Source: Octopus bimaculoides
Taxonomy: Eukaryota
Length of the DNA stretch: 64,000 nucleotides
Direction of reading: 5' to 3'
Assembly: GCF_001194135.2 (NCBI RefSeq)
Contig: NC_068982.1
Span: 151,772,121 to 151,836,120, forward strand
Part shown: positions 11,934 through 25,831 of the stretch, one piece after another
How positions within the stretch are numbered: the stretch's first letter is position 1
Layout: each line of letters opens with the position of its first letter
Position numbers and translations under genes: made by a program
The notes under the pieces: generated by a model
The model's input: the letters and a program-made list of their open reading frames with translations, nothing else
The model's database searches: none
Told to the model about the DNA's origin: nothing

Positions 11934-11974
<41 letters not shown>

Positions 11975-12017
11975 CATAGATAGATAGATAGATGGATAGA
12001 TAGATAGATAGATAGAC

Positions 12018-12091
<74 letters not shown>
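11934..12091. repeat. (TATC)n directly followed by the complementary (GATA)n tract
   Basis: Direct reading; orientation switches near 11975. Confidence 0.95.
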
Positions 12092-12563
12092 CTATCTAGC
12101 TATGAATTGAAGTAGTTTCAGCTCACGCGCCAGCATGCAGAACGGACGCTAAATAATGATAATGATGATACACACACACACNNNNNNNNNNNNNNNNNNN
12201 NNNNNNNNNNNNNNNNNNNNNNNNNNNNNNNNNNNNNNNNNNNNNNNNNNNNNNNNNNNNNNNNNNNNNNNNNNNNNNNNNNNNNNNNNNNNNNNNNNNN
12301 NNNNNNNNNNNNNNNNNNNNNNNNNNNNNNNNNNNNNNNNNNNNNNNNNNNNNNNNNNNNNNNNNNNNNNNNNNNNNNNNNNNNNNNNNNNNNNNNNNNN
12401 NNNNNNNNNNNNNNNNNNNNNNNNNNNNNNNNNNNNNNNNNNNNNNNNNNNNNNNNNNNNNNNNNNNNNNNNNNNNNNNNNNNNNNNNNNNNNNNNNNNN
12501 NNNNNNNNNNNNNNNNNNNNNNNNNNNNNNNNNNNNNNNNNNNNNNNNNNNNNNNNNNNNNNN

Positions 12564-12606
<43 letters not shown>

Positions 12607-13331
12607 GTATATATAATTCTTTTATTTTCATACAGAAAACCTGCAAAGTCTCTAGTAGCCGTGGAGGGTATTATTTCGCGCTCCTTCTAGACTCTTCAGC
12701 ACGGCATAACTCGAGATTTTAAAGTTAGTTATGCTAAATGAGTTTGCAGCAGATAATCTTCCCTGGGTCTGTACTTGAATTATTGGCTGGTCCGGTATTA
12801 TCTCCAGTCTGTTTTTTAAATTTCCATAGAGGTTACTGATATACTTATGTGATTTCTTTATGTATGCAGTTGAACGCACATGCAAACACACACATACAAA
12901 TACATATAACAAAATGCAAATCATTCGAATATAAATTTACACACAAGTGACTCAAGAGCCAACCACTAATGCATTTATGAAACCTCTTTCACCACCCCTC
13001 TGCGTTCGTCTGTGTGTGTATGTGTAGCTTTCTCTCTAACTATTCACGACCTGGACATCCATTGAGAAAGGAAGCAACTATTTTATTATGAAACAATTTT
13101 TTTATTCAACAGAAGAATTACTGAAACATTCCAACTCTAGAGTAGCGATTAAGCTGACAGGAGTATTTATATTTTAAATAAATCGCTTCTCTGAGAAGAT
13201 CTGCATAAATTTTTTAATAAATATTGTGTGAGCGTACAAAAGTGGACTACATATCACTATATATATACATATACACACACGTATATGAACATAGATATAT
13301 ATACATACGTATATATATATATATATAATAC

Positions 13332-13382
<51 letters not shown>

Positions 13383-13420
13383 NNNNNNNNNNNNNNNNNN
13401 NNNNNNNNNNNNNNNNNNNN

Positions 13421-13513
<93 letters not shown>

Positions 13514-16404
13514 CATACAGTGGGAATTATTGCATATGTGATATTTAAACGCAATACTTTTTGCAATTGTTTTTATGAATCAATGGCAGTCAAATGTAGA
13601 AAATGCACTATTAAAATGTTTTGTATATTTCAATATTTCAATATGAAGCGCTATTTTTACCAAATGCTTTGCGGCTTATTTGTAACCACAACGTAGACAT
13701 TCACTTGCGTTTTCTCTAAATGCTCTAGAGCTATAACTTAGCCCTTAATATATCATTTTTACCGCCAAAATTACAACATCCACTACAACAAATGTTATCG
13801 CCATTGTGAAAACTGTTAGCACTGGCTAAAACACCTACAAATGAGTCTCGATGTTGTTCGTTCTGCTGCAAGCATTTAAACGTCTCAAGTGACACACTTA
13901 TCTGCCTTACTTTCAGAAGGAACACTTGTATTTATGTAGTCTTGCATAACCCTAAAAGCACGTGATAGGCTGATATACTATTATGTGTTTACTCAAGCGG
14001 TGTTGCCTCGGAACCAAAGAAACGTACACAACAACTAGGAAGTGTTTACAACGTCACTTAACCTGCAAGAAACAACAGCCAAATATTCTTCATATAATGC
14101 ACTGCAGTATTAAATAAAGGGAGAATAACATATTAGAAAGTTTAGTTTTAAATTCCCCTAATTCAGATAATCATGGCTGGAATATTCGAGCACTTATCAA
14201 CATTGACATAGACATTTACGCAGCCTGCATCCACACACAAATTGAAATACATGATGTGCACACGCATACATACACACATGTATGCGCGTTTAAGTACACA
14301 TACGCACACACACACACACAGACACACGCACACACACACACACGAATATGAATATATATATATATATGTGCATTGATATATATGTGTATACACACACATA
14401 TATATTATATGCACGCACAAGTACGTGTATGATTACAATAGCCTAGCTATCTCTATTGACACCAGCGTCTTTTCTTTAACTATGTACCATTAAAATGACT
14501 GTCATTTCGTTCTTGCAATATACAATACCAAATACGCTCTACAAATAGTGTTTGATTATTACAATTCAATTTCTAATGAAAAAAATATATATCTACGGTA
14601 ACAAAAGAAAAAAAAAACAAGAAACCAAAGCAAAATCAACAAGAATGTTAAGAAGAAACAATTAGAAAAGAAAATCAAAATTTCTTTTCATATTACTTTA
14701 TTTACTCTTTTAAGAAATCATTATTTCATTTACTACTTAGTTGCATCCAATATCTATTGTCCATATATTTCCCAACAGATCTGAAGTGATCTTTATATGC
14801 GATTTGACGTAAAAAAAAGAGATAGTTTTAATGATTTATTGCTTCTTTTCCTCCATAATTTTTTTTATAACAAAGCTTTGTTTCTTTGAAATACATATTC
14901 CATTATTCCATTCCTTCGGGATCAGTGGTTTTGTTCCTTGAATGTTCCATGACATATTGTATGACGTTCTTTTTACAATTGTGATGTCGTTAACCAGTTA
15001 AAGACTTTCTAATATTAGTATTACATTGATATGTATCAAGGTACATATACACATACATTTATATACATATGTATATGAGTGTATATATAATATATACATA
15101 TACACACGTGTATGCATGTAAGTATACACACGCATCATACACAGATCTATACATGTACAAGGAAGATGACGGAGAGAGCGAGTCAAAGAGAGTGAAACTT
15201 GCAAGGATATATTTTTACTGAAACACGTAAAAAGCTTCACTAAGAAAATTCTTAGCGTAGTTAGGGTACGTGCTTTTCACTTTCTGGCCAGGAGAATACA
15301 AATCAACCCGACTAGTTTGATCACTTCGTCAGAGGTCGGTCTCCCATTTTGATAAAACTAGTCATTATTTGCCTGATCACTGATAGCGAGCAAATCGGTA
15401 TATACACAATTTCTCAGCAGAGCTAAACACGTATGTTTGAAAACTATAAATATTCTCGTAAGTTTGACATCCATCTCTTCTTGTAACAATGCCTGATGAT
15501 ACCTCATCAATTAATTATTTACACTGCTAGCACTCACTGATATGCATTCAATTTAGTTAGATACATGTTTATATATACAGTAAGTAGTTTTAAACTATTA
15601 TTCTCCCTATGTTCACTCGGTCTCGATTTTCATTATGAACATGGACTGTGAAAGTATGGCCCATCGGTCCTTTCCAAATAACGGATATTAGGAGAGCTAC
15701 CGCAGAGTATTTCGATCAATTATATCTATCGATATGGTTTTTATATGGCTACTCATATTGTCTTCGCCTTAAAATTAGATTGAAAGCATGAGAATGAAGG
15801 GAAGTCTTCTTGTTTCTTGTGTGCGTATTTGTGTGTGTGTGTGTGTGTGTATGTGTGTGTGTTTGTTTGTGTGTGTGTGTGTGTGAGTGTGCGTGCGCGT
15901 GTCTAGAAAGGGTCATATCGTATTTATTGAATTTAGAATCTTAAAAAACGATTAGGAGAGAGGTGGAAGAAGCAAAATTAAATAGAATGCAGATAAAATA
16001 GAAAGGAAATATGAATTTTTTAATGGCCACAAGGGGGTCAAGCAATGAGTACAATATCAAAGGACGAAATACCTCATACAAAACACAAAAAGTGGTGTTT
16101 GCATCGGTGCATCAATTAAAAGGTGGAGACCAGGAAGTTTGACGGACGAGTGTAGTCGATACCATTGGCATCAGCACTTGACTGATGCATTATTTTCTCA
16201 ATTCAGGAAGGACTGAATGAAAAAAAGTTAATTTTATATAGTTCACTGTTTCTTGATCGTTACTCAGAAGACCTCAGGTTATCTATTTCATCAATCTCAT
16301 TCCTGTCTTCGAGGAGAACTTAGAGCAAATAACTATTTATAGCTATTTATAGCAAAACACAGACTAGAACTTATAGGTCTTCTTTCTCTCTCTTTCAGTT
16401 TCTC

Positions 16405-16448
<44 letters not shown>

Positions 16449-16458
16449 NNNNNNNNNN

Positions 16459-16492
<34 letters not shown>

Positions 16493-16497
<5 letters not shown>

Positions 16498-16727
16498 TTT
16501 CTTTACTGCCCACAAGGGGCTACACACAGAGGGGACAAACAAGGACAGACAAACGGATTAAGTCGATTATATAGACCCCAGTGCGTAACAGGTACTTATT
16601 TAAACGACCCCGAAAGGATGAAAGGCAAAGTCGACCTCGGCTGAATTTGAACTCAGAACGTAGCGACAGCCGAAATACCGCTAAGCATTTCGCCCGGCGT
16701 GCTAACGTTTCTGCCAGCTCGCCACCT
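16493..16727 (-). mobile_element. Full-length tRNA-derived SINE (Deu/Nin-domain-like family)
   Basis: Minus-strand A box TGGCAGAAACGTTAG (16702-16716), B box GTTCAAATTC (16643-16652) and central CCTTTCATCCTTTCGGGGTCG, which resembles the Deu/Nin domain as I recall it. The tail runs into (GA)n. Confidence 0.88.
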
Positions 16728-16746
16728 TACTCTCTCTTTCTGTACT

Positions 16747-16791
<45 letters not shown>

Positions 16792-17029
16792 ATACTCATA
16801 AATTTATGTGTGTGTAGAGAGAGATAATTAGATAGAGAGAGAAAGAAAGAATGAAAGGGAGAGAAGAAAGTGATGGAATGCGAGAGAAAGGTTAATTTTG
16901 TTCGAAGATATGGTTTCACTCCATTGCTAATTCGAATGTTCGGTTACAGTTCAGTGTTTTAAAGCTATGAGCTGACGACAGAGTTAAACTTCAGCTTCGA
17001 AGAAATAAATGCTATTCTTTATTACATAT

Positions 17030-17412
17030 GGAATGGTCGTGTGGTAAAACAGCTTGCTTCTCAGCCACATGGTTCTTTGTTCAGTCTAAACTGCATGGCA
17101 ATTTGGGCGAGTGTGTTCTACTATGACCTCGAGTCGACCAAAGTCTTGCGAATGAATTTGGAAGATGGAAACTGAAAGTAGTCCTTCCTATATATGTATA
17201 TTTATATGTATCTATGTGTGTCCGTCTTTGTCCCCCACCACCGCTTGACAACCGGTACTGGCATGTCTATGTCCCCGTATCGGCAAAAGAAACCGATAGA
17301 ATAAGTTACCAGGCTTAAAAATTAACTACTGGGTCGATTCATTCGACTAAAAAAATTATTTAAGTGAGTGTCCCAGCATGGCCGCGGTCTAATGACTGAA
17401 ACAAGTTAAAGA
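17030..17412 (+). mobile_element. OK-like tRNA-derived SINE with an internal TA/TG microsatellite
   Basis: GTGTGGTAAAACAGCTTGCTT head, GGAAACTGAAAG, then the family 3' body ending GACTGAAACAAGTTAAAG. Confidence 0.8.
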
Positions 17413-18149
17413 AATAAAAAACAAAAATATTGTACGCTCTTTCTATATTCCGTATACCCAAGCTTAACTATATACATTCATATATGCGCACATATTCGCA
17501 TGCACGTGTGTTTTTGAACAATGAGGAAGTATATGTATTTGCGTTTATATCTGTATATCACACATAACTAAACGTCAAATATCAATCGAACAAGAATTGC
17601 ACATAAAATACAGAAATAGATAACAAATAGAGACAGTATCACGTCGTACATGATTTGAGCTTTATCCAAGTTTTCGTCTCTAATGACATAGAATTAAAAC
17701 ACATTCTTTTTACTTTCTGGTTCGTTCTTTCTGCGAAGTAACTATGCTAGACATGAACCTACGCGGAAAATTTAAGGTCAGTAAGCTTGACTGAATCATT
17801 CTAGACGAGTGATAGTGATTGTTTTGTGTGAATTTGTGGAGCCATTTCCCATTAGATGATGCCTGAGAGTTGTTTTATAATTAGGAGACTAGAAACTTTG
17901 CTCGGTGTAGTTACCGTATCACGAGGAAATTAGTTTAAATCATTAGAATTTCTATTTCTGCACGTCACATAAGCAATTGAGTTATTTGCATTAAATATTA
18001 AAACATAATCATAGATGTTCAATATGTTTATGTCCGAACATTCATTACGCTCATATTTCCGAATGAACAAGCCTTTTCCATAAAATTTGGATATTAAATA
18101 AATTGCTCCTATTAATGGAGAAATTTATTTTACCATTTGCATAAACATA

Positions 18150-20990
18150 AATCACACTCCTGCTTGTGGTCGATCACTAAATTCACGATAACAATCTCAT
18201 TCGATTGTAGATGTTTTAATGACTGTGCACTACAACATTTAGCTTTGGTTGCAGACAGGTCATATAAATGTCTGGTTATAGGAAATATACATGCAATCTT
18301 CTTTTCATGTTTTTTTATGAGTATTACTCAGCGCATTTTTTAATCTTTTATCCCCTTCAAAGCCAACAGTTTGTACGGACTTCCTTTACAATTGACTGGT
18401 TGATGTTACCCCTCTACAAAATCATCTTCAACTGATATTTTAACTGTTAGTCCTCCGGCCAGGCGTGTTTTAGCTAGCCGTTGAGGATCCTATGGCAAAA
18501 AAGTTTGAGTCACGCATGTGCACTACAATTTTGGGCTATCTAGCTAGATTCTATTCTACTACTGATATTTCGGCGGGAAATTTTGTATTTGTAATGCTAT
18601 CTTGTCAGGAGACTGAAAGGATTTTCTGTAGGCACTGGATGGTGTAGGCCTCGGAGACGTCTGTGGTCCATATCTCTTACACTCATACAGAGTAATGGAA
18701 ACCCATTCAACCGGTTGGACACAAGCCTTGGAATGGAGGAGGAATATAGTTGTTTAGAAATACTCTCCTTAAACTTTGAGTCTCCTAAGAAACTATAAGT
18801 CACCTATTTTACGAATTTATTTTTATTTCAACGTGTGAATTCTTTAGAAATTAGGTTGCTGATGCTATGACTTGTGTGGGTGTAGATATGAAAAGTGCGT
18901 TCTTTTATGTTGTAACTTCTGCGTGACGGTGACTTGAACGACTTCCAGAGTGAGGTAACTAGGCACGGTCATCAGATTTTAATAAAAATCTCGCTAAGTC
19001 AAAAGTTTATAATGATTGCCGTCTTCCTTTCCATTCTTCTGTGTAAAAGATGAGAAATACATACATTAAATAGTACAGGAGTGAGCAAGCAGCTTTGCCT
19101 TACTCATGTTTCAGCCCTCCCATTGCAACGTGAGCTATCAGATCTGTATAACTGGTGTGGAAAATTCACGAATTCTGGCGCACATCGAAGCTTTTTGATA
19201 ACATTCTACAAATACTCTGCAGGTTGTATTAAGCACGTTCTGTAGATCCTCAAAATCCAGTGAACAGATTCTGATGCTTTTCTCATGAAACTGCCAAGTA
19301 AAGATCATAATTACTGTGCATTGGTCCCTGGGGACTATACTCCTATTATCTGTGCAAGTAGATTTATCTCCTTCGTGTTTGTAGATTTTGATAGTTTTTG
19401 TATCAATTTCGAGATATTTTCCAAGTTCCATACTTCAGTCATGTACAGACAAGCATTTTGTGCGACAGTGACCATCCCGCTTCATACTTTTTCTTGAAAT
19501 ATTTTCTAGCGCAGAACTTACCTGTTTTACAGTTTTAATGTTAGCACTAACTTCAGTCAAGTAAGATGTTCATGATGTTGGCGTATCCAAAGGCATTTTA
19601 TAAAATTTATCCATGGCTGCTAGAAGAAATAGGCTTAAGAACTTAAGTAAGTATCTCCCAGACTCTATTAATTCTGATTCAACTTTTAGAAAAAAGTAAT
19701 GACTTGCTTGAAGTTGTGCAGCAATTTCAGGGGCCATAAATTGTATTTATTGCAACATAGAAAAAGTACACGTTACGAAGAACAGATTTTGTTTAGCAAG
19801 AGCTTTTAACGAACGTGATGGACGTATGACTAGAATTTTTCTATAATTCTTGTGGATACATTTCTGGAGCTTGCTGATTTAGTCTTCGTGTCCCGGATCC
19901 GATATTTTTGGCAGTAGCATCGATAACGTGTGGACAACTTTCGAGATAATGAGCGTCTCTGAAGCCGTCAGTCTAACAGCCGGAAGTAACGGAAATTCTT
20001 ACAAATATTACATTTGTTGTGCTTGCAACCACCAAGCTGCTCTTGAGTGGTGTAGGAAGAGCTCTTGCAATTTAACTTTTGTTGATACTATACGATCATC
20101 TTCCCAGCACTCAACATTCTTAATTACACGTATATAGAAAGACAATGATGTCTAATGACGAGACCATGGTGCAATTGATAAGATGCCAATGTCTGGATCA
20201 CGGATACATCTATGACGTCTTTTATTCATTCTTTTGTTGCAAGGTGGTGCTCGTAATAGTGCGATCGTGTTCAGAACACATACAAATATGTCTGATGTAT
20301 TGGCTGTTAGATTTCCTGACGCCACGATCTCCGTTCAGTTGCTCTCAGATTATTTTTATTCTACCCTACTCTTGTATGAAATCACCCATTAGAATGATTT
20401 TATTTTCTGTTGGTATTTTATTTAGTTTCTGATAAAAGCGGTTGTCTTTTGACTATCACACAGCAGAGTTAATTCATTGGCACTCAGTAACGTAACATTG
20501 AAAGTCTTTTTAAAATAAATACTTAATGACATTAACAGCTCAAAAAGGCTAACCATTTTCGGTTGAGAAATTCTATGGCATATTGGCGATGTGTACGCTC
20601 TAATAGGCTTTCCAGGATTTTTAGCCGTAGCTAACATTGTGAAGAGAATCTTCTGCAAATATTTTGGTTTCAATGGGTGCAGTAATATTATCTAAGTCTC
20701 AGTTGACTGGTAAATGTGAGCTATTCGGCGCTCGTGCCGGTTTCTCAAGTCGGCTACATCAAGTATTGTCTGCATGTATATTCCACGTGACTAATAGTAT
20801 ATTTTTGATTTTACAAACGTTATTTAGAATTCCTTTGCAGACAAGCCTTACTGTTCAGGAACTAAGTCAGTGGAAAATTTTTAGGCCATATTCCCAAGGC
20901 CCTACTCCAACTGGGATAATAGCATGGCGTCTGGATAAAGCTGCTCAAAGGTAGTTTCCACTGGCTGCGATCGTTGCTCTGTATCGCTGA
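18150..20990 (-). mobile_element. Near-full-length, heavily degraded RTE-clade LINE (APE, RT and C-terminal zinc-finger remnant)
   Basis: Domains are collinear on the minus strand: LVTWNI (~20790); KIPTENKIILMGDF and KTS*MYP*SRHWHLIN (APE); IKIYKHEGDKSTCTDNRSI (RT); IQCLQKILSVS*QDSITNT (~18600); FI*PVCNQS (~18250). Many stops. Confidence 0.8.
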
Positions 20991-21987
20991 AGTATGGAGT
21001 TCTCACTAAAAGTTGCATCATATTCATGCTCGCTTCTGTTTCACTAAACTCTCCATTGCTATCAAACTTGCTAGATATTCAAAATGTGTTTTACGTTTCA
21101 AACTATCAAAAACAAAAAAAGACCATCATCATGCACTACAAAATTAATTTCCTAATCTACGTTGTTAATGCATGCTGTGTTATGCACAGCTCAATCTACA
21201 TTGAAGTAGAAAATGCCTGAGTAATGACGTTCTGTGGCATTGGTGATACTTCTTTCCAAGTATCGATAATTTCGCTGTGAGTGAGGTAGATCTTGAAGCA
21301 GAAGGAATTAAAAAATCTCACCTGTTGGAAAACTACTATCAAATTGATCACCGCAATTTGTTTTTATATTAGGAAATATTTATGGTTTCAATCACAAACA
21401 GCTAGAGCGCTTATCGACATATATCAGGGTATATTCACCAGGGTAAAGCTGTATACTATTTCTCGAGCCCGGTACAATACCGACATGCCACACCAAGTTA
21501 ACCATACATGTTTTCATTCCTAGTCCGTGAGTCTCCTCAATCACGTTAACTTGGTACCCAACAACATAATATAACAAAAAAAAGGGCACATTTAAAAGTG
21601 CACAAACGCACTTACACTTAAAAACAAACTTTCACATACACACAAGTCTTCATGCATGAGAAACGCCCTCCCTTTTAACTTTCCAATCCAATGAGATTCA
21701 TTTCACTAAATACCTCTCACGCATCGATAAGTTTCCGTCTGTCTTTAGATTAATGACTCACATCCGCCATATATTCTGCTATTCTCGATTTCTAACCCGA
21801 TTCTCACTATTCGTTTTCCTTTACTTTCATCAATAATTTTAATTCTTTTGTGGTGTAGTAGTCTGTCTTAATGAAATACTTCTGACTCGTCCGGTTTCTC
21901 AAGAATGCCGAACATTTAACAGGGTGTCGTTGATTTTTACGAAATCCTTCACGGCTCTCATTTGACCCTGTCTAGCAATAAACATTG

Positions 21988-22200
21988 CAGTAATCCCTCG
22001 CCATATCGCGGTTCAACTATTTTTTAAAGCTTCTGTCGATTCCTCCTTGATGTTGTTTTGCATTTATAATAAAATAAATATATCCAAATTATAAAAATAA
22101 TGAAAAAAATGTACAGTACAGTAATGCTTCTACTTCACAGATTTTCGCCTATCGCGGGAGCTTTTGGAACATAACACCTGCGAGAGTCGAGGGATAACTG
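21988..22200. mobile_element. Tigger/pogo-type MITE, 213 bp
   Basis: Left end CAGTAATCCCTCG and right end CGAGGGATAACTG (reverse complement CAGTTATCCCTCG). The expected TA target duplications appear mutated. Confidence 0.7.
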
Positions 22201-23688
22201 AATCTCAATTTCTCCGTGTATAATTATTTATTTGGTCATACTAAAATAATTCTTATTATACCACCTTTAAAATTTAGCGAGCTTTCATTCATTCTCCACA
22301 ATATAATCTTTAATTTTCTGGCTCAAATCAATGACAACCCTGTCAAATATTAACCCACAAAATTTGTTAAATGCTGTCTGCTGCATTAGTTTCAATCCAT
22401 GTCAATTCCATTCACTTTATGCCTATCTTTTATGAACCCTTCCTTAATCTGTACCTTTCCTTCAGATATTTTCATCTGTCCCAGATTATTATGTTTCTTT
22501 TCGCCAATACCCTAAATTTGCATGATATTGAAAATAACTCCGGTTTGACCTTTCGTCTTTCCCTTTACCTCTGAGATGGACCACTAGTCTTCAGTATTTT
22601 TGAATCGTTAATTGACTACTCCTTCGTTTTCCTATTCAGGCGCATTTCAAGTGATTAGACACGTGCGCGAGCGCAAGCATCGACTACATACTTACACAAA
22701 CATACACGCATGCATGCATAAATACATGTGTACAAATGAAAAACAGAACATTCAAAGCGTATCGTGAAGTTCAAATATTTGGATAAACAGTTTCATTCAG
22801 AGATAGATTACTTGAACTTTTATAGACGTTGAAACTTGCTTCATCCTCCAGGCGCTTACATCTGAATATATATGTATACACAAAGGCGCGCACAATACGC
22901 ACTCACGCCCCCAAACATATATATGCGTGTATGATGCTGCGATAAAATGCATCCTCTAAAATCTGTGAGGTAGTTTTGATTCTATGGACAATCAATCGTA
23001 GAAAACAATTCAAAGTGAAACGCATGAGTGAGGCATATCCCTTCGAGCCCCTCGAAGAGTTGTAATTCCGAATAAGAAATGACTTGGACAGTAAGGATCT
23101 ATTGTACCTGTGGCAACACGGAAAACAAGCGTTAAATGATGATGATGATGATGATGACATGCATGTACGCTTGTGATAGACTACACATGCGCACATGCAC
23201 ATAGACAGAGAAAGAGAAAGAAAGTGAGAGAGAGAGAGAGGATGAGAGATGGAGGCATTCTTTTCGAAATAAATTTGATTTAAAACAATGAGACTGTGGA
23301 AATTAATTCTCTCGACACTAAGTATAATGTCGGATGAAATGTAAACAAAACAATTTAATTTTTATTTCAGTAGGATGCTAAAATAAAATCATTTTTATTC
23401 ACAAAACGCAATATATTGAATTGCCTTTGTCTATTTGTCAAAGTTTTGTATGTATGTATGTATGTATGTATGTATGTATGTATGTACGTACGTACGTATG
23501 TAGGTATGTACATATATCAATGTATGAATATAGGTACGTATATAGGCATGCATGCTTGCATATATGTATGTGCAATATGTTTTCGTATGTGTGTATGCAT
23601 GTATGTATGTATGTATGTATGTATGCACGCACGTACGTACGTATGTATGTATGTATGTATGTATGTATTTTTGTATGTATGTATGTAT

Positions 23689-24360
23689 GAGATGGGCTGG
23701 CCACATTGTTCAAATGGCGGATGAACGCATACCCAAATAGTTGTATGACGAACATACAGAAGGGAAACGCAATCAGTGAAACCTAAAAAGAGATTTAAGG
23801 ACTGTGTAAGGACTAACATGAAGTTACTTGGAATGGAACCGAAGGCCATAGAACTCTTGCTTCGGATTGACCTGGGTGGCGAACAAAAGTGTGGAGAGGA
23901 GTAAAAGCTTCTGAACAAACGGGGATGACCAACGTGTAATTCAAAATAAATTTTTTAAAAAATGTTTCGAACAACAAGAAAATAAACCCCAACCACCTTT
24001 TAGTGTGCACCATTTGTGACAAACCATGCCCTTCTTTTGTTGGGCTCAAATAGCATTTGCAGACCCATGAAAAATGAACCTTCACCAAATTCTCTGTCTA
24101 TCTATCCGTGTATACCTGTCAATCTCATGTATGCTGTAAGGTCTGCAAATCTAACAAAGGTCTCAAAATACATTTTATGATCCACAAAGAGCACAACTTA
24201 ACTGCTACTCTTGGTAGTCTAAATCAGATATGCAATTTATGTGGGTGTCCTTTCAAAGCATTTTCTGGTTCAAAAAGCCACGTCAAAACGCGATGATAGA
24301 TCTAAGGTGTAGATACAAGAGGTGGTCAGACTCTGCATAAGAAGTAGATGACCTAACCAC
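23689..24360 (+). mobile_element. 3' end of an RTE-clade LINE with three C2H2 zinc-finger remnants, within (TATG)n
   Basis: RWAGHIVQMADERIPK*LY...PKKRFKDCV, then CTICDKPCPSFVGLK*HLQTH, CxxHVCCKVCKSNKGLKIHFMIH and CNLCGCPFKAFSGSKSHVKTR. (TATG)n lies on both sides (23450-23688 and from 24361). Confidence 0.85.
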
Positions 24361-25624
24361 CATGTATGTATTTATGTATGTATGTATTATGTATTTATGT
24401 ATGTATGTATGTTATATTTGCGTATATGTGTGCTGGGGGGGGGGAGCGTGTTTCAATGGCGCACGCATATTATTTTGTTCTCGTCAATGTAGAAGAATTT
24501 CTTCTGTATGAGGCTTCAGGAATCAGAAATGTACTGGAAATTATTTTAAGTATTTTATAAGAGTACTATTGCCAAAACAGTTTATCGCTACAATATACTA
24601 ATTTCCCTAAAATTCCGGACCATTCAAACAGACTTTGAATTTCAATTTTATACATTTATGTCTGTCTATTTCTTCTTTCTACGAATATGTTGACTCGTAC
24701 TTGTTTTTACCGCAATTCCTTGCTCTATTGCTTATCTTCCTGCTAGTTTCATTCCTAATAATTGTTTTATTCTCGGCATTTCTAAACAAAATATTAAATT
24801 CTCTTACTGAATTATGTTATGACAATTTATTGTACTGCAGCTTTGTGAAGTATGTTGATATTCTATGTAGTTGACAATAGAAAAGAATGAAGAGATGAGG
24901 TAGTGCAGGACGGAAACTGAAATAGAGAACGATAGAGTCGAAAACCTTACTGCAGTGTTCCATTAACTCCTATCTCTGGTTCTGATCAGAGTTTCAGTTT
25001 TATCAGATTTCGACTAAACTGAACAGAACAGAGAACATGGAATACTCTGATGCATTTAACGCCGCTTACAAGATATATTTGCCATCAGCTATCTAGCTAT
25101 TAGGAATATTAGAGGAAAGATAAAATTCGTCTTGTTCTTTAACTTTTTTTACTTTGACTTAATTTTTGTTTTTGTTTTTCTTGTGTAAACTTCTCCATAT
25201 TTTAGTTGGAAAACAAAAATATTTTAATCCCCTAAATTTATACCTCTCGGGAATAATTAATGCTGGTAAAGAAAAGCGAAGGAAACGATTTCAAAATCTC
25301 ACTTAATTAAAAATTGACTAGGGACATGCAGCGAGCGATGAAATTAGATATGATATCTGACTCTGTCAAGGTTAGTAGCCTAATGACAATCAAGTAGTAC
25401 TTGATTAATCGTAAAAATATTTCTTAATTAGATATTTTTTTCAATTTCATTTCTATAATACAGTTAGCAATTAAGAAACCTTGGAGTGTATACTAATTAC
25501 AGCTAAGGAATCCAATATTCTGTCTTTCTTTCTCCCACCTTTCTCGCACCCTCTCTTCTCTTTTAATTATCCCTTATATATTGCTTAACATGTTATACAA
25601 GATGAATTAGGCTTAGATGAATAA

Positions 25625-25831
25625 TCTTTTCTACTAAAGGCACAAGGCCATGTGAAGTCTTGAGGTCGATTATATCGACCTCAATACGCAACTGGTACTT
25701 ATTTCATCGACCCCGAGAGGATGAAAGGCAAAGTCGACCTCGGCAAAATTTGAACTCAGAACGTAAAGGCTGACGAAATGTTGCTAAGCATTTTGCCCGG
25801 CGTGCTAAAGTTTTTGCCAGCTCACCGCCTT
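25625..25831 (-). mobile_element. tRNA-derived SINE (Deu/Nin-like family)
   Basis: Collinear with 16493-16727. Confidence 0.85.

Noticed and set aside
21190-21360. Possible pogo DDE C-terminal remnant (IIDTWKEVS...ITQAF, minus strand)
   Set aside because: Too short and diverged to support.
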